Origin: Utricularia gibba
Lineage: Eukaryota; Plantae; Magnoliophyta
DNA: 64,000 bases
Assembly: GCA_002189035.1 (NCBI GenBank)
Contig: NEEC01000107.1
Location: 62,001-126,000 of the forward strand
Direction: 5' to 3'
Positions 24,801 through 39,800 of this stretch are shown here, one piece after another. Made by a program: the position numbers and the translations under genes. The notes below the pieces were generated by a model. It was given only the letters and a program-made list of their open reading frames with translations. It did no database searches and was not told the origin of the DNA. Every line of letters starts with the position of its first letter. Position 1 is the first letter of the stretch.

Positions 24801-27800
24801 CGAAAGCACCCACCCAAAAACGACAAGCTTTTCCTTCAGAAACCATGTAGGCAGCTGCCGAAAACCCAACGTTAATAAATGGATCACTTTTTTGCCGGGC
24901 TACAAATGACTATGGGCCGAGCCCGACCGACCTCCGGCCCGATCCTGGTGCCCCTCGAGAGCGCCTCCTCAAATATAAAGCTTGTGGAGAAAACCATTTG
25001 GGGTGCTCATGACATCCTAACTTCAAAAATGCATCACGATTTTCGTCGAATAGGACCCATTGGGCTCAGGAGTCGAACCGAACTTGGGTCCGGATGAATT
25101 CCCAACAAAAGCACCCACCCAAAAACGACAAGCTTTTCCTTCAGAAACCATGTAGGCAGCTGCCGAAAACCCAACGTTAATAAATGGATCACTTTTTTTG
25201 CCGGGCTACAAATGACTATGGGCCCGAGCGACCGACCTCCGGCCCGATCCTAGTGCCCCTCGAGAGCGCCTCCTCAAATAAAAAGCTGTGGTTGAGAAAA
25301 CCATTTGGGGTGCTCATGACATCCTAACTTCAAAAAATGCATCACGATTTTCGTCGAATAGGACCCGATTGGGCTCAGGAGTCGAACCGAACCTTGGGTC
25401 CGGACGAATTTCCCAACAAAGCACCCACCCAAAAACGACAAGCTTTTCCTTCAGAAACCATGTAGGCAGCTGCCGAAAACCCAACGTTAATAAATGGATC
25501 ACTTTTTTTGCCGGGCTACAAATGACTATGGGCCGAGCCCGACCCGACCTCCGGCCCGATCCTGGTGCCCCTCGAGAGCGCCTCCTCAAATATAAAGCTT
25601 GTGGAAAGAAAACCATTTGGGGGCTCATGACATCCTAACTTCAAAAAATGCATCACGATTTTCGTCGAATAGGACCCGATTGGGCTCAGGAGTCGAACCG
25701 AACCTTGGGTCCGGATGAACTTCCCAACGAAAGCACCCACCCAAAAACGAAAGCTTTTCCTTCAGAAACAATGTAGGCAGCTGCCGAAAACCCAACGTTA
25801 ATAAATGGATCACTTTTTTGCCGGGCTACAAATGACTATGGGCCGAGCCCGACGACCTCCGGCCCGATCCTGGTGCCCCTCGAGAGCGCCTCCTCAAATA
25901 TAAAGCTTGTGGAGAAAACCATTTGGGGTGCTCATGACATCCTAACTTCAAAAAATGCATCACGATTTTCGTCGAATAGGACCCGATTGGGCTCAGGAGT
26001 CGAACCGAACCTTGGGTCCGGACGAACTTCCCAACGAAAGCACCCACCCAAAAACGACAAGCTTTTCCTTCAGAAACCATGTAGGCAGCTGCCGAAAACC
26101 CAACGTTAATAAATGGATCACTTTTTTTGCCGGGCTACAAATGACTATGGGCCGAGCCCGACCGACCTCCGGCCCGATCCTGGTGCCCCTCGAGAGCGCC
26201 TCCTCAAATATAAAGCTTGTGGAAGAAAACCATTTGGGGTGCTCATGACATCCTAACTTCAAAAAATGCATCACGATTTTCGTCGAATAGGACCCGATTG
26301 GGCTCAGGAGTCGAACCGAACCTTGGGTCCGGATGAACTTCCCAACGAAAGCACCCACCCAAAAACGACAAGCTTTTCCTTCAGAAACCATGTAGGCAGC
26401 TGCCGAAAACCCAACGTTAATAAATGGATCACTTTTTTGCCGGGCTACAAATGACTATGGGCCGAGCCCGACCCGACCTCCGGCCCGATCCTGGTGCCCC
26501 TCGAGAGCGCCTCCTCAAATATAAAGCTTGTGGACAAGAAAACCATTTGGGGTGCTCATGACATCCTAACTTCAAAAATGCATCACGATTTTCGTCGAAT
26601 AGGACCCATTGGGCTCAGGAGTCGAACCGAACCTTGGGTCCGGATGAACTTCCCAACGAAAGCACCCACCCAAAACGACAAGCTTTTCCTTCAGAAACAA
26701 TGTAGGCAGCTGCCGAAAACCCAACGTTAATAAATGGATCACTTTTTTGCCGGGCTACAAATGACTATGGGCCGAGCCCGACCCGACCTCCGGCCCGATC
26801 CTGTGCCCCTCGAGAGCGCCTCCTCAAATATAAAGCTTGTGGATGAGAAAACCATTTGGGGTGCTCATGACATCCTAACTTCAAAAAATGCATCACGATT
26901 TTCGTCGAATAGGACCCGATTGGGCTCAGGAGTCGAACCGAACCTTGGGTCCGGATGAACTTCCCAACGAAAGCACCCACCCAAAAACGACAAGCTTTTC
27001 CTTCAGAAACATGTAGGCAGCTGCCGAAAACCCAACGTTAATAAATGGATCACTTTTTTGCCGGGCTACAAATGACTATGGGCCGAGCCCGACCGACCCC
27101 CGGCCCGATCCTGGTGCCCCTCGAGAGCGCCTCCTCAAATATAAAGCTTGTGGAAAGAAAACCATTTGGGGTGCTCATGACATCCTAACTTCAAAAAATG
27201 CATCACGATTTTCGTCGAATAGGACCCGATTGGGCTCAGGAGTCGAACCGAACCTTGGGTCCGGACGAACTTCCCAACGAAAGCACCCACCAAAAACGAC
27301 AAGCTTTTCCTTCAGAAACCATGTAGGCAGCTGCCGAAAACCCAACGTTAATAAATGGATCACTTTTTTGCCGGGCTACAAATGACTATGGGCCGAGCCC
27401 GACCGACCTCCGGCCCGATCCTGTGCCCTCGAGAGCGCCTCCTCAAATATAAAGCTTGTGGAGAAAAACCATTTGGGGTGCTCATGACATCCTAACTTCA
27501 AAAAAATGCATCACGATTTTCGTCGAATAGGACCCGATTGGGCTCAGGAGTCGAACCGAACCTTGGGTCCGGATGAACTTCCCAACGAAAGCACCCACCC
27601 AAAAACGACAAGCTTTTCCTTCAGAAACCATGTAGGCAGCTGCCGAAAACCCAACGTTAATAAATGGATCACTTTTTTTGCCGGGCTACAAATGACTATG
27701 GGCCCGAGCCGACGACCTCCGGCCCGATCCTAGTGCCCCTCGAGAGCGCCTCCTCAAATAAAAAGCTGTGGAGAAAACCATTTGGGGTGCTCATGACATC

Positions 27801-30800
27801 CTAACTTCAAAAATGCATCACGATTTTCGTCGAATAGGACCCGATTGGGCTCAGGAGTCGAACCGAACCTTGGGTCCGGATGAACTTCCCAACGAAAGCA
27901 CCCACCCAAAAACGACAAGCTTTTCCTTCAGAAACCATGTAGGCAGCTGCCGAAAACCCAACGTTAATAAATGGATCACTTTTTTGCCGGGCTACAAATG
28001 ACTATGGGCCCGAGCCGACCCGACCTCCGGCCCGATCCTGGTGCCCCTCGAGAGCGCCTCCTCAAATATAAAGCTTGTGGACAAGAAAACCATTTGGGGT
28101 GCTCATGACATCCTAACTTCAAAAAATGCATCACGATTTTCGTCGAATAGGACCCCATTGGGCTCAGGAGTCGAACAACCTTGGGTCCGGATGAACTTCC
28201 CAACGAAAGCACCCACCCAAAAACGACAAGCTTTTCCTTCAGAAACAATGTAGGCAGCTGCCGAAAACCCAACGTTAATAAATGGATCACTTTTTTTCCG
28301 GGCTACAAATGACTATGGGCCCGAGCGACCCGACCTCCGGCCCGATCCTGGCCCCTCGAGAGCGCCTCCTCAAATATAAAGCTTGTGGAGAAAACCATTT
28401 GGGGTGCTCATGACATCCTAACTTCAAAAAAATGCATCACGATTTTCGTCGAATAGGACCCGATTGGGCTCAGGAGTCGAACCGAACCTTGGGTCCGGAC
28501 GAACTTCCCAACAAAGCACCCACCCAAAAACGACAAGCTTTTCCTTCAGAAACCATGTAGGCAGCTGCCGAAAACCCAACGTTAATAAATGGATCACTTT
28601 TTTTGCCGGGCTACAAATGACTATGGGCCGAGCCCGACCGACCTCCGGCCCGATCCTGGTGCCCCTCGAGAGCGCCTCCCAAATATAAAGCTTGTGGAGA
28701 GAAAACCATTTGGGGTGCTCATGACATCCTAACTTCAAAAATGCATCACGATTTTCGTCGAATAGGACCCGATTGGGCTCAGGAGTCGAACCGAACCTTG
28801 GGTCCGGATGAACTTCCCAACGAAAGCACCCACCAAAAACGACAAGCTTTTCCTTCAGAAACCATGTAGCAGCTGCCGAAAACCCAACGTTAATAAATGG
28901 ATCACTTTTTTGCCGGGCTACAAATGACTATGGGCCCGAGCCCGACCGACCGGATCCTGGTGCCCCTCGAGAGCGCCTCCTCAAATATAAAGCTTGTGGA
29001 AAATTTGGGGTGCTCATGACATCCTAACTTCAAAAAAATGCATCACGATTTTCGTCGAATAGGACCCGATTGGGCTCAGGAGTCGAACAGAACCTTGGGT
29101 CCGGATGAACTTCCCAACGAAAGCACCCACCCAAAAACGACAAGCTTTTCCTTCAGAAACCATGTAGGCAGCTGCCGAAAACCCAACGTTAATAAATGGA
29201 TCACTTTTTTTGCCGGGCTACAAATGACTATGGGCCGAGCCCGACCTGACCTCCCTGTGCCCCTCGAGAGCGCCTCCTCAAATATAAAGCTTGTGGACAA
29301 GAAAACCATTTGGGGTGCTCATGACATCCTAACTTCAAAAAATGCATCACGATTTTCGTCGAATAGGACCCGATTGGGCTCAGGAGTCGAACCGAACCTT
29401 GGGTCCGGATGAATTCCCAACAAAAGCACCCACCAAAACGACAAGCTTTTCCTTCAGAAACCATGTAGGCAGCTGCCGAAAACCCAACGTTAATAAATGG
29501 ATCACTTTTTTTTGCCGGGCTACAAATGACTATGGGCCCAGAACATCCTAGTGCCCCTCGAGAGCGCCTCCTCAAATAAAAAGCTTGTGGTTGAGAAAAC
29601 CATTTGGGGTGCTCATGACATCCTAACTTCAAAAATGCATCACGATTTTCGTCGAATAGGACCCGATTGGGCTCAGGAGTCGAACCGAACCTTGGGTCCG
29701 GACGAACTTCCCAACAAAGCACCCACCCAAAAACGACAAGCTTTTCCTTCAGAAACCATGTAGGCAGCTGCCGAAAACCCAACGTTAATAAATGGATCAC
29801 TTTTTTGCCGGGCTACAAATGACTATGGGCCGAGCCCGACCGACCTCCGGCCCGATCCTAGTGCCCCTCGAGAGCGCCTCCTCAAATATAAAGCTTGTGG
29901 ACAAGAAAACCATTTGGGGTGCTCATGACATCCTAACTTCAAAAATGCATCACGATTTTCGTCGAATAGGACCCGATTGGGCTCAGGAGTCGAACCGAAC
30001 CTTGGGTCCGGAGAACTTCCCGAAAGCACCCACCCAAAAACGACAAGCTTTTCCTTCAGAAACAATGTAGGCAGCTGCCGAAAACCCAACGTTAATAAAT
30101 GGATCACTTTTTTGCCGGGCTACAAATGACTATGGGCCGAGCCCGACCGACCTCCGGCCCGATCCTGGTGCCCCTCGAGAGCGCCTCCTCAAATATAAAG
30201 CTTGTGGAAGAAAACCATTTGGGGTGCTCATGACATCCTAACTTCAAAAAATGCATCACGATTTTCGTCGAATAGGACCCGATTGGGCTCAGGAGTCGAA
30301 CCGAACCTTGGGTCCGGACGAACTTCCCAACGAAAGCACCCACCCAAAAACGACAAGCTTTTCCTTCAGAAACCATGTAGGCAGCTGCCGAAAACCCAAC
30401 GTTAATAAATGGATCACTTTTTTGCCGGGCTACAAATGACTATGGGCCCGAGCCCGACCTGACCTCCGGCCCGATCCTGTGCCCCTCGAGAGCGCCTCCT
30501 CAAATATAAAGCTTGTGGAGAAAACCATTTGGGGTGCTCATGACATCCTAACTTCAAAAATGCATCACGATTTTCGTCGAATAGGACCCGATTGGGCTCA
30601 GGAGTCGAACGAACCTTGGGTCCGGACGAATTCCCAACAAAAGCACCCACCCAAAAACGACAAGCTTTTCCTTCAGAAACCATGTAGGCAGCTGCCGAAA
30701 ACCCAACGTTAATAAATGGATCACTTTTTTGCCGGGCTACAAATGACTATGGGCCGAGCGACGACCTCCGGCCCGATCCTAGTGCCCCTCGAGAGCGCCT

Positions 30801-33800
30801 CCTCAAATAAAAAGCTTGTGGTTGAGAAAACCATTTGGGGTGCTCATGACATCCTAACTTCAAAAAATGCATCACGATTTTCGTCGAATAGGACCGATTG
30901 GGCTCAGGAGTCGAACCGAACCTTGGGTCCGGACGAACTTCCCAACAAAGCACCCAAAAAACGACAAGCTTTTCCTTCAGAAACCATGTAGGCAGCTGCC
31001 GAAAACCCAACGTTAATAAATGGATCACTTTTTTGCCGGGCTACAAATGACTATGGGCCCGAGCCCGACCGACCTCCGGCCCGATCCTGGTGCCCCTCGA
31101 GAGCGCCTCTCAAATATAAAGCTTGTGGAGAAAACCATTTGGGGTGCTCATGACATCCTAACTTCAAAAAATGCATCACGATTTTCGTCGAATAGGACCC
31201 GATTGGGCTCAGGAGTCGAACCGAACCTTGGGTCCGGATGAACTTCCCAACGAAAGCACCCACCCAAAAACGACAAGCTTTTCCTTCAGAAACCATGTAG
31301 GCAGCTGCCGAAAACCCAACGTTAATAAATGGATCACTTTTTTTGCCGGGCTACAAATGACTATGGGCCGAGCCCGACCTGACCTCCGGCCCGATCCTGG
31401 TGCCCCTCGAGAGCGCCTCCTCAAATAAAAGCTTGTGGACAAGAAAACCATTTGGGGTGCTCATGACATCCTAACTTCAAAAATGCATCACGATTTTCGT
31501 CGAATAGGACCCGATTGGGCTCAGGAGTCGAACCGAACCTTGGGTCCGGATGAACTTCCCAACGAAAGCACCCACCAAAAACGACAAGCTTTTCCTTCAG
31601 AAACCATGTAGGCAGCTGCCGAAAACCCAACGTTAATAAATGGATCACTTTTTTTGCCGGGCTACAAATGACTATGGGCCCGAGCCCGACCGACCTCCGC
31701 CCGATCCTAGTGCCCCTCGAGAGCGCCTCCTCAAAATAAAGCTTGTGGAGAAAACCATTTGGGGTGCTCATGACATCCTAACTTCAAAAATGCATCACGA
31801 TTTTCGTCGAATAGGACCCGATTGGGCTCAGGAGTCGAACCGAACCTTGGTCCGGATGAATTCCCAAAAAGCACCCACCCAAAAACGACAAGCTTTTCCT
31901 TCAGAAACCATGTAGGCAGCTGCCGAAAACCCAACGTTAATAAATGGATCACTTTTTTTGCCGGGCTACAAATGACTATGGGCCCGAGCGACTGACCTCC
32001 GCCGATCCTAGTGCCCCTCGAGAGCGCCTCCTCAAATAAAAAGCTGTGGAGAAAACCATTTGGGGTGCTCATGACATCCTAACTTCAAAAAAAATGCATC
32101 ACGATTTTCGTCGAATAGGACCCGATTGGGCTCAGGAGTCGAACCGAACCTTGGGTCCGGACGAATTTCCCAACAAAGCACCCACCAAAAACGACAAGCT
32201 TTTCCTTCAGAAACCATGTAGGCAGCTGCCGAAAACCCAACGTTAATAAATGGATCACTTTTTTGCCGGGCTACAAATGACTATGGGCCCGAGCCCGACC
32301 GACCTCCGGCCGATCCTGGTGCCCCTCGAGAGCGCCTCCTCAAATATAAAGCTTGTGGATGAGAAAACCATTTGGGGTGCTCATGACATCCTAACTTCAA
32401 AAAATGCATCACGATTTTCGTCGAATAGGACCCGATTGGGCTCAGGAGTCGAACCGAACCTTGGGTCCGGACGAACTTCCCAACGCACCACCCAAAAACG
32501 ACAAGCTTTTCCTTCAGAAACCATGTAGGCAGCTGCCGAAAACCCAACGTTAATAAATGGATCACTTTTTTTGCCGGGCTACAAATGACTATGGGCCCGA
32601 GCCCGACCCGACCTCCGGCCCGATCCTAGTGCCCCTCGAGAGCGCCTCCTCAAATATAAAGCTTGTGGATGAGAAAACCATTTGGGGTGCTCATGACATC
32701 CTAACTTCAATAAATGCATCACGATTTTCGTCGAATAGGACCCGATTGGGCTCAGGAGTCGAACCGAACCTTGGGTCCGGACGAATTTCCCAACAAAAGC
32801 ACCCACCCAAAAACGACAAGCTTTTCCTTCAGAAACCATGTAGGCAGCTGCCGAAAACCCAACGTTAATAAATGGATCACTTTTTTTGCCGGGCTACAAA
32901 TGACTATGGGCCCGAGCCCGACCCGACCTCCGGCCCGATCCTAGTGCCCCTCGAGAGCGCCTCCTCAAATATAAAGCTTGTGGAGAAAACCATTTGGGGT
33001 GCTCATGACATCCTAACTTCAAAAAATGCATCACGATTTTCGTCGAATAGGACCCGATTGGGCTCAGGAGTCGAACCGAACCTTGGGTCCGGATGAACTT
33101 CCCAACGAAAGCACCCACCCAAAAACGACAAGCTTTTCCTTCAGAAACCATGTAGGCAGCTGCCGAAAACCCAACGTTAATAAATGGATCACTTTTTTGC
33201 CGGGCTACAAATGACTATGGGCCCGAGCCGACCCTCCGGCCCGATCCTAGTGCCCCTCGAGAGCGCCTCCTCAAATATAAAGCTTGTGAGAAAACCATTT
33301 GGGGTGCTCATGACATAACTTCAATTGCATCACGATTTTCGTCGAATAGGACCCGATTGGGCTCAGGAGTCGAACCGAACCTTGGGTCCGGACGAATTTC
33401 CCAACCACCCACCCAAAACGACAAGCTTTTCCTTCAGAAACCATGTAGGCAGCTGCCGAAAACCCAACGTTAATAAATGGATCACTTTTTTGCCGGGCTA
33501 CAAATGACTATGGGCCGAGCCCGACCCGACCCGGCCCGATCCTGGTGCCCCTCGAGAGCGCCTCCTCAAATATAAAGCTGTGGAGAAAACCATTTGGGGT
33601 GCTCATGACATCCTAACTTCAAAAAATGCATCACGATTTTCGTCGAATAGGACCCATTGGGCTCAGGAGTCGAACCGAACCTTGGGTCCGGATGAACTTC
33701 CCAACGAAAGCACCCACCCAAAAAAACGACAAGCTTTTCCTTCAGAAACCATGTAGGCAGCTGCCGAAAACCCAACGTTAATAAATGGATCACTTTTTTT

Positions 33801-36800
33801 GCCGGGCTACAAATGACTATGGGCCCGAGCCCGACCTCCGGCCCGATGTGCCCCTCGAGAGCGCCTCCTCAAATATAAAGCTTGTGGAAAGAAAACCATT
33901 TGGGGTGCTCATGACATCCTAACTTCAAAAAATGCATCACGATTTTCGTCGAATAGGACCCGATTGGGCTCAGGAGTCGAACCGAACCTTGGGTCCGGAT
34001 GAATTCCCAACAAAAGCACCCACCCAAACGACAAGCTTTTCAAACCATGTAGGCAGCTGCCGAAAACCCAACGTTAATAAATGGATCACTTTTTTTGCCG
34101 GGCTACAAATGACTATGGGCCCGAGCCGACCTCCGGCCCGATCCTAGTGCCCCTCGAGAGCGCCTCCTCAAATAAAAAGCTTGTGGTTGAGAAAACCATT
34201 TGGGGTGCTCATGACATCCTAACTTCAAAAATGCATCACGATTTTCGTCGAATAGGACCCGATTGGGCTCAGGAGTCGAACCGAACCTTGGGTCCGGATG
34301 AACTTCCCAACGAAAGCACCCACCCAAAAACGACAAGCTTTTCCTTCAGAAACCATGTAGGCAGCTGCCGAAAACCCAACGTTAATAAATGGATCACTTT
34401 TTCGGGCTACAAATGACTATGGGCCGAGCCCGACCGACCTCCGGCCCGATCCTGTGCCCCTCGAGAGCGCCTCCTCAAATATAAAGCTTGTGGACAAGAA
34501 AACCATTTGGGGTGCTCATGACATCCTAACTTCAAAAAATGCATCACGATTTTCGTCGAATAGGACCCCATTGGGCTCAGGAGTCGAACCGAACCTTGGG
34601 TCCGGATGAACTTCCCAACGAAAGCACCCACCCAAAAACGACAAGCTTTTCCTTCAGAAACATGTAGGCAGCTGCCGAAAACCCAACGTTAATAAATGGA
34701 TCACTTTTTTTGCCGGGCTACAAATGACTATGGGCCCGAGCCGACCCGACCTCCGGCCCGATCCTGTGCCCCTCGAGAGCGCCTCCTCAAATATAAAGCT
34801 TGTGGAGAAAACCATTTGGGGTGCTCATGACATCCTAACTTCAAAAAATGCATCACGATTTTCGTCGAATAGGACCCGATTGGGCTCAGGAGTCGAACCG
34901 AACCTTGGGTCCGGACGAATTCCCAAAAAAGCACCCACCCAAAAACGACAAGCTTTTCCTTCAGAAACCATGTAGGCAGCTGCCGAAAACCCAACGTTAA
35001 TAAATGGATCACTTTTTTTGCCGGGCTACAAATGACTATGGGCCCGACCTGACCTCCGGCCCGATCCTGTGCCCCTCGAGAGCGCCTCCTCAAATATAAA
35101 AGCTTGTGGACAGAAAACCATTTGGGGTGCTCATGACATCCTAACTTCAAAAAATGCATCACGATTTTCGTCGAATAGGACCCGATTGGGCTCAGGAGTC
35201 GAACCGAACCTTGGGTCCGGATGAACTTCCAACGAAAGCACCCACCCAAAAACGACAAGCTTTTCCTTCAGAAACCATGTAGGCAGCTGCCGAAAACCCA
35301 ACGTTAATAAATGGATCACTTTTTTTGCCGGGCTACAAATGACTATGGGCCCGAGCCCGACCGACCTCCGGCCCGATCCTGGTGCCCCTCGAGAGCGCCT
35401 CCTCAAATATAAAGCTTGTGGACAAGAAAACCATTTGGGGTGCTCATGACATCCTAACTTCAAAAAATGCATCACGATTTTCGTCGAATAGGACCCCATT
35501 GGGCTCAGGAGTCGAACCGAACCTTGGGTCCGGATGAACTTCCCAACGAAAGCACCCACCCAAAAACGACAAGCTTTTCCTTCAGAAACAATGTAGGCAG
35601 CTGCCGAAAACCCAACGTTAATAAATGGATCACTTTTTGCCGGGCTACAATGACTATGGGCCGAGCCCGACCGACCTCCGGCCCGATCCTGTGCCCCTCG
35701 AGAGCGCCTCCTCAAATATAAAGCTTGTGGGAAAACCATTTGGGGTGCTCATGACATCCTAACTTCAAAAATGCATCACGATTTTCGTCGAATAGGACCC
35801 GATTGGGCTCAGGAGTCGAACCGAACTTGGGTCCGGACGAATTCCCAACAAAAGCACCCACCCAAAAACGACAAGCTTTTCCTTCAGAAACCATGTAGGC
35901 AGCTGCCGAAAACCCAACGTTAATAATGGATCACTTTTTTTGCCGGGCTACAAATGACTATGGGCCCGAGCCCGACCTGACCTCCGGCCCGATCCTGTGC
36001 CCCTCGAGAGCGCCTCCTCAAATATAAAGCTTGTGGTTGAGAAAACCATTTGGGGTGCTCATGACATCCTAACTTCAAAAATGCATCACGATTTTCGTCG
36101 AATAGGACCCGATTGGGCTCAGGAGTCGAACCGAACCTTGGGTCCGGACGAATTTCCCAACAAAGCACCCACCAAAAACGACAAGCTTTTCCTTCAGAAA
36201 CATGTAGGCAGCTGCCGAAAACCCAACGTTAATAAATGGATCACTTTTTTGCCGGGCTACAAATGACTATGGGCCGAGCCGACCGACCTCCGGCCCGATC
36301 CTGGTGCCCTCGAGAGCGCCTCCTCAAATATAAAGCTTGTGGACAAGAAAACCATTTGGGGTGCTCATGACATCCTAACTTCAAAAAATGCATCACGATT
36401 TTCGTCGAATAGGACCCGATTGGGCTCAGGAGTCGAACCGAACCTTGGGTCCGGATGAACTTCCCAACGAAAGCACCCCCAAAAACGACAAGCTTTTCCT
36501 TCAGAAACCATGTAGGCAGCTGCCGAAAACCCAACGTTAATAAATGGATCACTTTTTTTGCCGGGCTACAAATGACTATGGGCCCGAGCCCGACCGACCT
36601 CCGGCCCGATCCTGTGCCCCTCGAGAGCGCCTCCTCAAATATAAAGCTTGTGGACAAGAAAACCATTTGGGGTGCTCATGACATCCTAACTTCAAAAAAT
36701 GCATCACGATTTTCGTCGAATAGGACCCGATTGGGCTCAGGAGTCGAACCGAACCTTGGGTCCGGACGAACTTCCCAACAAAAGCACCCACCCAAAAACG

Positions 36801-39800
36801 ACAAGCTTTTCCTTCAGAAACATGTAGGCAGCTGCCGAAAACCCAACGTTAATAAATGGATCACTTTTTTGCCGGGCTACAAATGACTATGGGCCCGAGA
36901 GAGACCTCCGGCCCGATCCTGGCCCCTCGAGAGCGCCTCCTCAAATATAAAAGCTTGGTTGAGAAAACCATTTGGGGTGCTCATGACATCCTAACTTCAA
37001 AAAATGCATCACGATTTTCGTCGAATAGGACCCGATTGGGCTCAGGAGTCGAACCGAACCTTGGGTCCGGATGAACTTCCCAACGAAAGCACCCACCAAA
37101 AACGACAAGCTTTTCCTTCAGAAACCATGTAGGCAGCTGCCGAAAACCCAACGTTAATAAATGGATCACTTTTTTTGCCGGGCTACAAATGACTATGGGC
37201 CGAGCCCGACCTGACCTCCGGCCCGATCCTGGTGCCCCTCGAGAGCGCCTCCTCAAATATAAAGCTTGTGGACAAAAAACCATTTGGGGTGCTCATGACA
37301 TCCTAACTTCAAAAAATGCATCACGATTTTCGTCGAATAGGACCCCATTGGGCTCAGGAGTCGAACCGAACCTTGGGTCCGGATGAACTTCCCAACGAAA
37401 GCACCCACCCAAAAACGACAAGCTTTTCCTTCAGAAACAATGTAGGCAGCTGCCGAAAACCCAACGTTAATAAATGGATCACTTTTTTGCCGGGCTACAA
37501 ATGACTATGGGCCCGAGCCGACCCGACCTCCGGCCCGATCCTAGTGCCCCTCGAGAGCGCCTCCTCAAATATAAAGCTTGTGGACAAGAAACCATTTGGG
37601 GTGCTCATGACATCCTAACTTCAAAAAATGCATCACGATTTTCGTCGAATAGGACCCGATTGGGCTCAGGAGTCGAACCGAACCTTGGGTCCGGACGAAC
37701 CCCAAAAAGCACCCACCCAAAAACGACAAGCTTTTCCTTCAGAAACATGTAGGCAGCTGCCGAAAACCCAACGTTAATAAATGGATCACTTTTTTGCCGG
37801 GCTACAAATGACTATGGGCCGAGCCCGACCGACCTCCGCCCGATCCTGGTGCCCCTCGAGAGCGCCTCCTCAAATATAAAGCTTGTGGAGAAAACCATTT
37901 GGGGTGCTCATGACATCCTAACTTCAAAAAATGCATCACGATTTTCGTCGAATAGGACCCCATTGGGCTCAGGAGTCGAACCGAACCTTGGGTCCGGATG
38001 AACTTCCCAACGAAAGCACCCACCAAAAACGACAAGCTTTTCCTTCAGAAACAATGTAGGCAGCTGCCGAAAACCCAACGTTAATAAATGGATCACTTTT
38101 TTGCCGGGCTACAAATGACTATGGGCCCGAGCCCGACCTGACCTCCGGCCCGATCCTGTGCCCCTCGAGAGCGCCTCCTCAAATATAAAGCTTGTGGAGA
38201 AAACCATTTGGGGTGCTCATGACATCCTAACTTCAAAAAATGCATCACGATTTTCGTCGAATAGGACCCGATTGGGCTCAGGAGTCGAACCGAACCTTGG
38301 GTCCGGATGAACTTCCCAACGAAAGCACCCACCCAAAAACGACAAGCTTTTCCTTCAGAAACCATGTAGGCAGCTGCCGAAAACCCAACGTTAATAAATG
38401 GATCACTTTTTTGCCGGGCTACAAATGACTATGGGCCGAGCCGACGACCTCCGGCCCGATCCTAGTGCCCCTCGAGAGCGCCTCCTCAAATATAAAGCTG
38501 TGGTGAGAAAACCATTTGGGGTGCTCATGACATCCTAACTTCAAAAAATGCATCACGATTTTCGTCGAATAGGACCCGATTGGGCTCAGGAGTCGAACCG
38601 AACCTTGGGTCCGGACGAATTTCCAACAAAGCACCACCCAAAAACGACAAGCTTTTCCTTCAGAAACCATGTAGGCAGCTGCCGAAAACCCAACGTTAAT
38701 AAATGGATCACTTTTTTGCCGGGCTACAAATGACTATGGGCCGAGCCCGACCTGACCTCCGGCCCGATCCTGTGCCCCTCGAGAGCGCCTCCTCAAATAT
38801 AAAGCTTGTGGACAAGAAAACCATTTGGGGTGCTCATGACATCCTAACTTCAAAAAAATGCATCACGATTTTCGTCGAATAGGACCCATTGGGCTCAGGA
38901 GTCGAACAGAACCTTGGGTCCGGATGAACTTCCCAACGAAAGCACCCACCCAAAAACGACAAGCTTTTCCTTCAGAAACAATGTAGGCAGCTGCCGAAAA
39001 CCCAACGTTAATAAATGGATCACTTTTTTTCCGGGCTACAAATGACTATGGGCCGAGCCGACCTGACCTCCGGCCCGATCCTGGTGCCCCTCGAGAGCGC
39101 CTCCTCAAATATAAAGCTTGTGGACAGAAAACCATTTGGGGTGCTCATGACATCCTAACTTCAAAAAATGCATCACGATTTTCGTCGAATAGGACCCGAT
39201 TGGGCTCAGGAGTCGAACCGAACCTTGGGTCCGGATGAACTTCCCAACGAAAGCACCCACCCAAAAACGACAAGCTTTTCCTTCAGAAACCATGTAGGCA
39301 GCTGCCGAAAACCAACGTTAATAAATGGATCACTTTTTTGCCGGGCTACAAATGACTATGGGCCGAGCCCGACCTGACCTCCGGCCGATCCTAGTGCCCC
39401 TCGAGAGCGCCTCCTCAAATATAAAGCTTGTGGACAAGAAAACCATTTGGGGTGCTCATGACATCCTAACTTCAAAAAATGCATCACGATTTTCGTCGAA
39501 TAGGACCCGATTGGGCTCAGGAGTCGAACCGAACCTTGGGTCCGGATGAATTCCCAACGAAAGCACCCACCAAAAACGACAAGCTTTTCCTTCAGAAACC
39601 ATGTAGGCAGCTGCCGAAAACCCAACGTTAATAAATGGATCACTTTTTTTGCCGGGCTACAAATGACTATGGGCCCGAGCCGACCGACCTCCGGCCCGAT
39701 CCTAGTGCCCCTCGAGAGCGCCTCCTCAAATAAAAAGCTGTGGTTGAGAAAACCATTTGGGGTGCTCATGACATCCTAACTTCAAAAATGCATCACGATT

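Noticed and set aside
17701-32490. Shared 4-bp deletion CAACGCACC at ~17703 and ~32481 as a marker of a 14.8-kb segmental duplication
   Set aside because: Neighbouring diagnostic sites differ (TAGTG/GGAG/GGAT vs TGGTG/GATGAG/GGAC), so independent errors are more likely.
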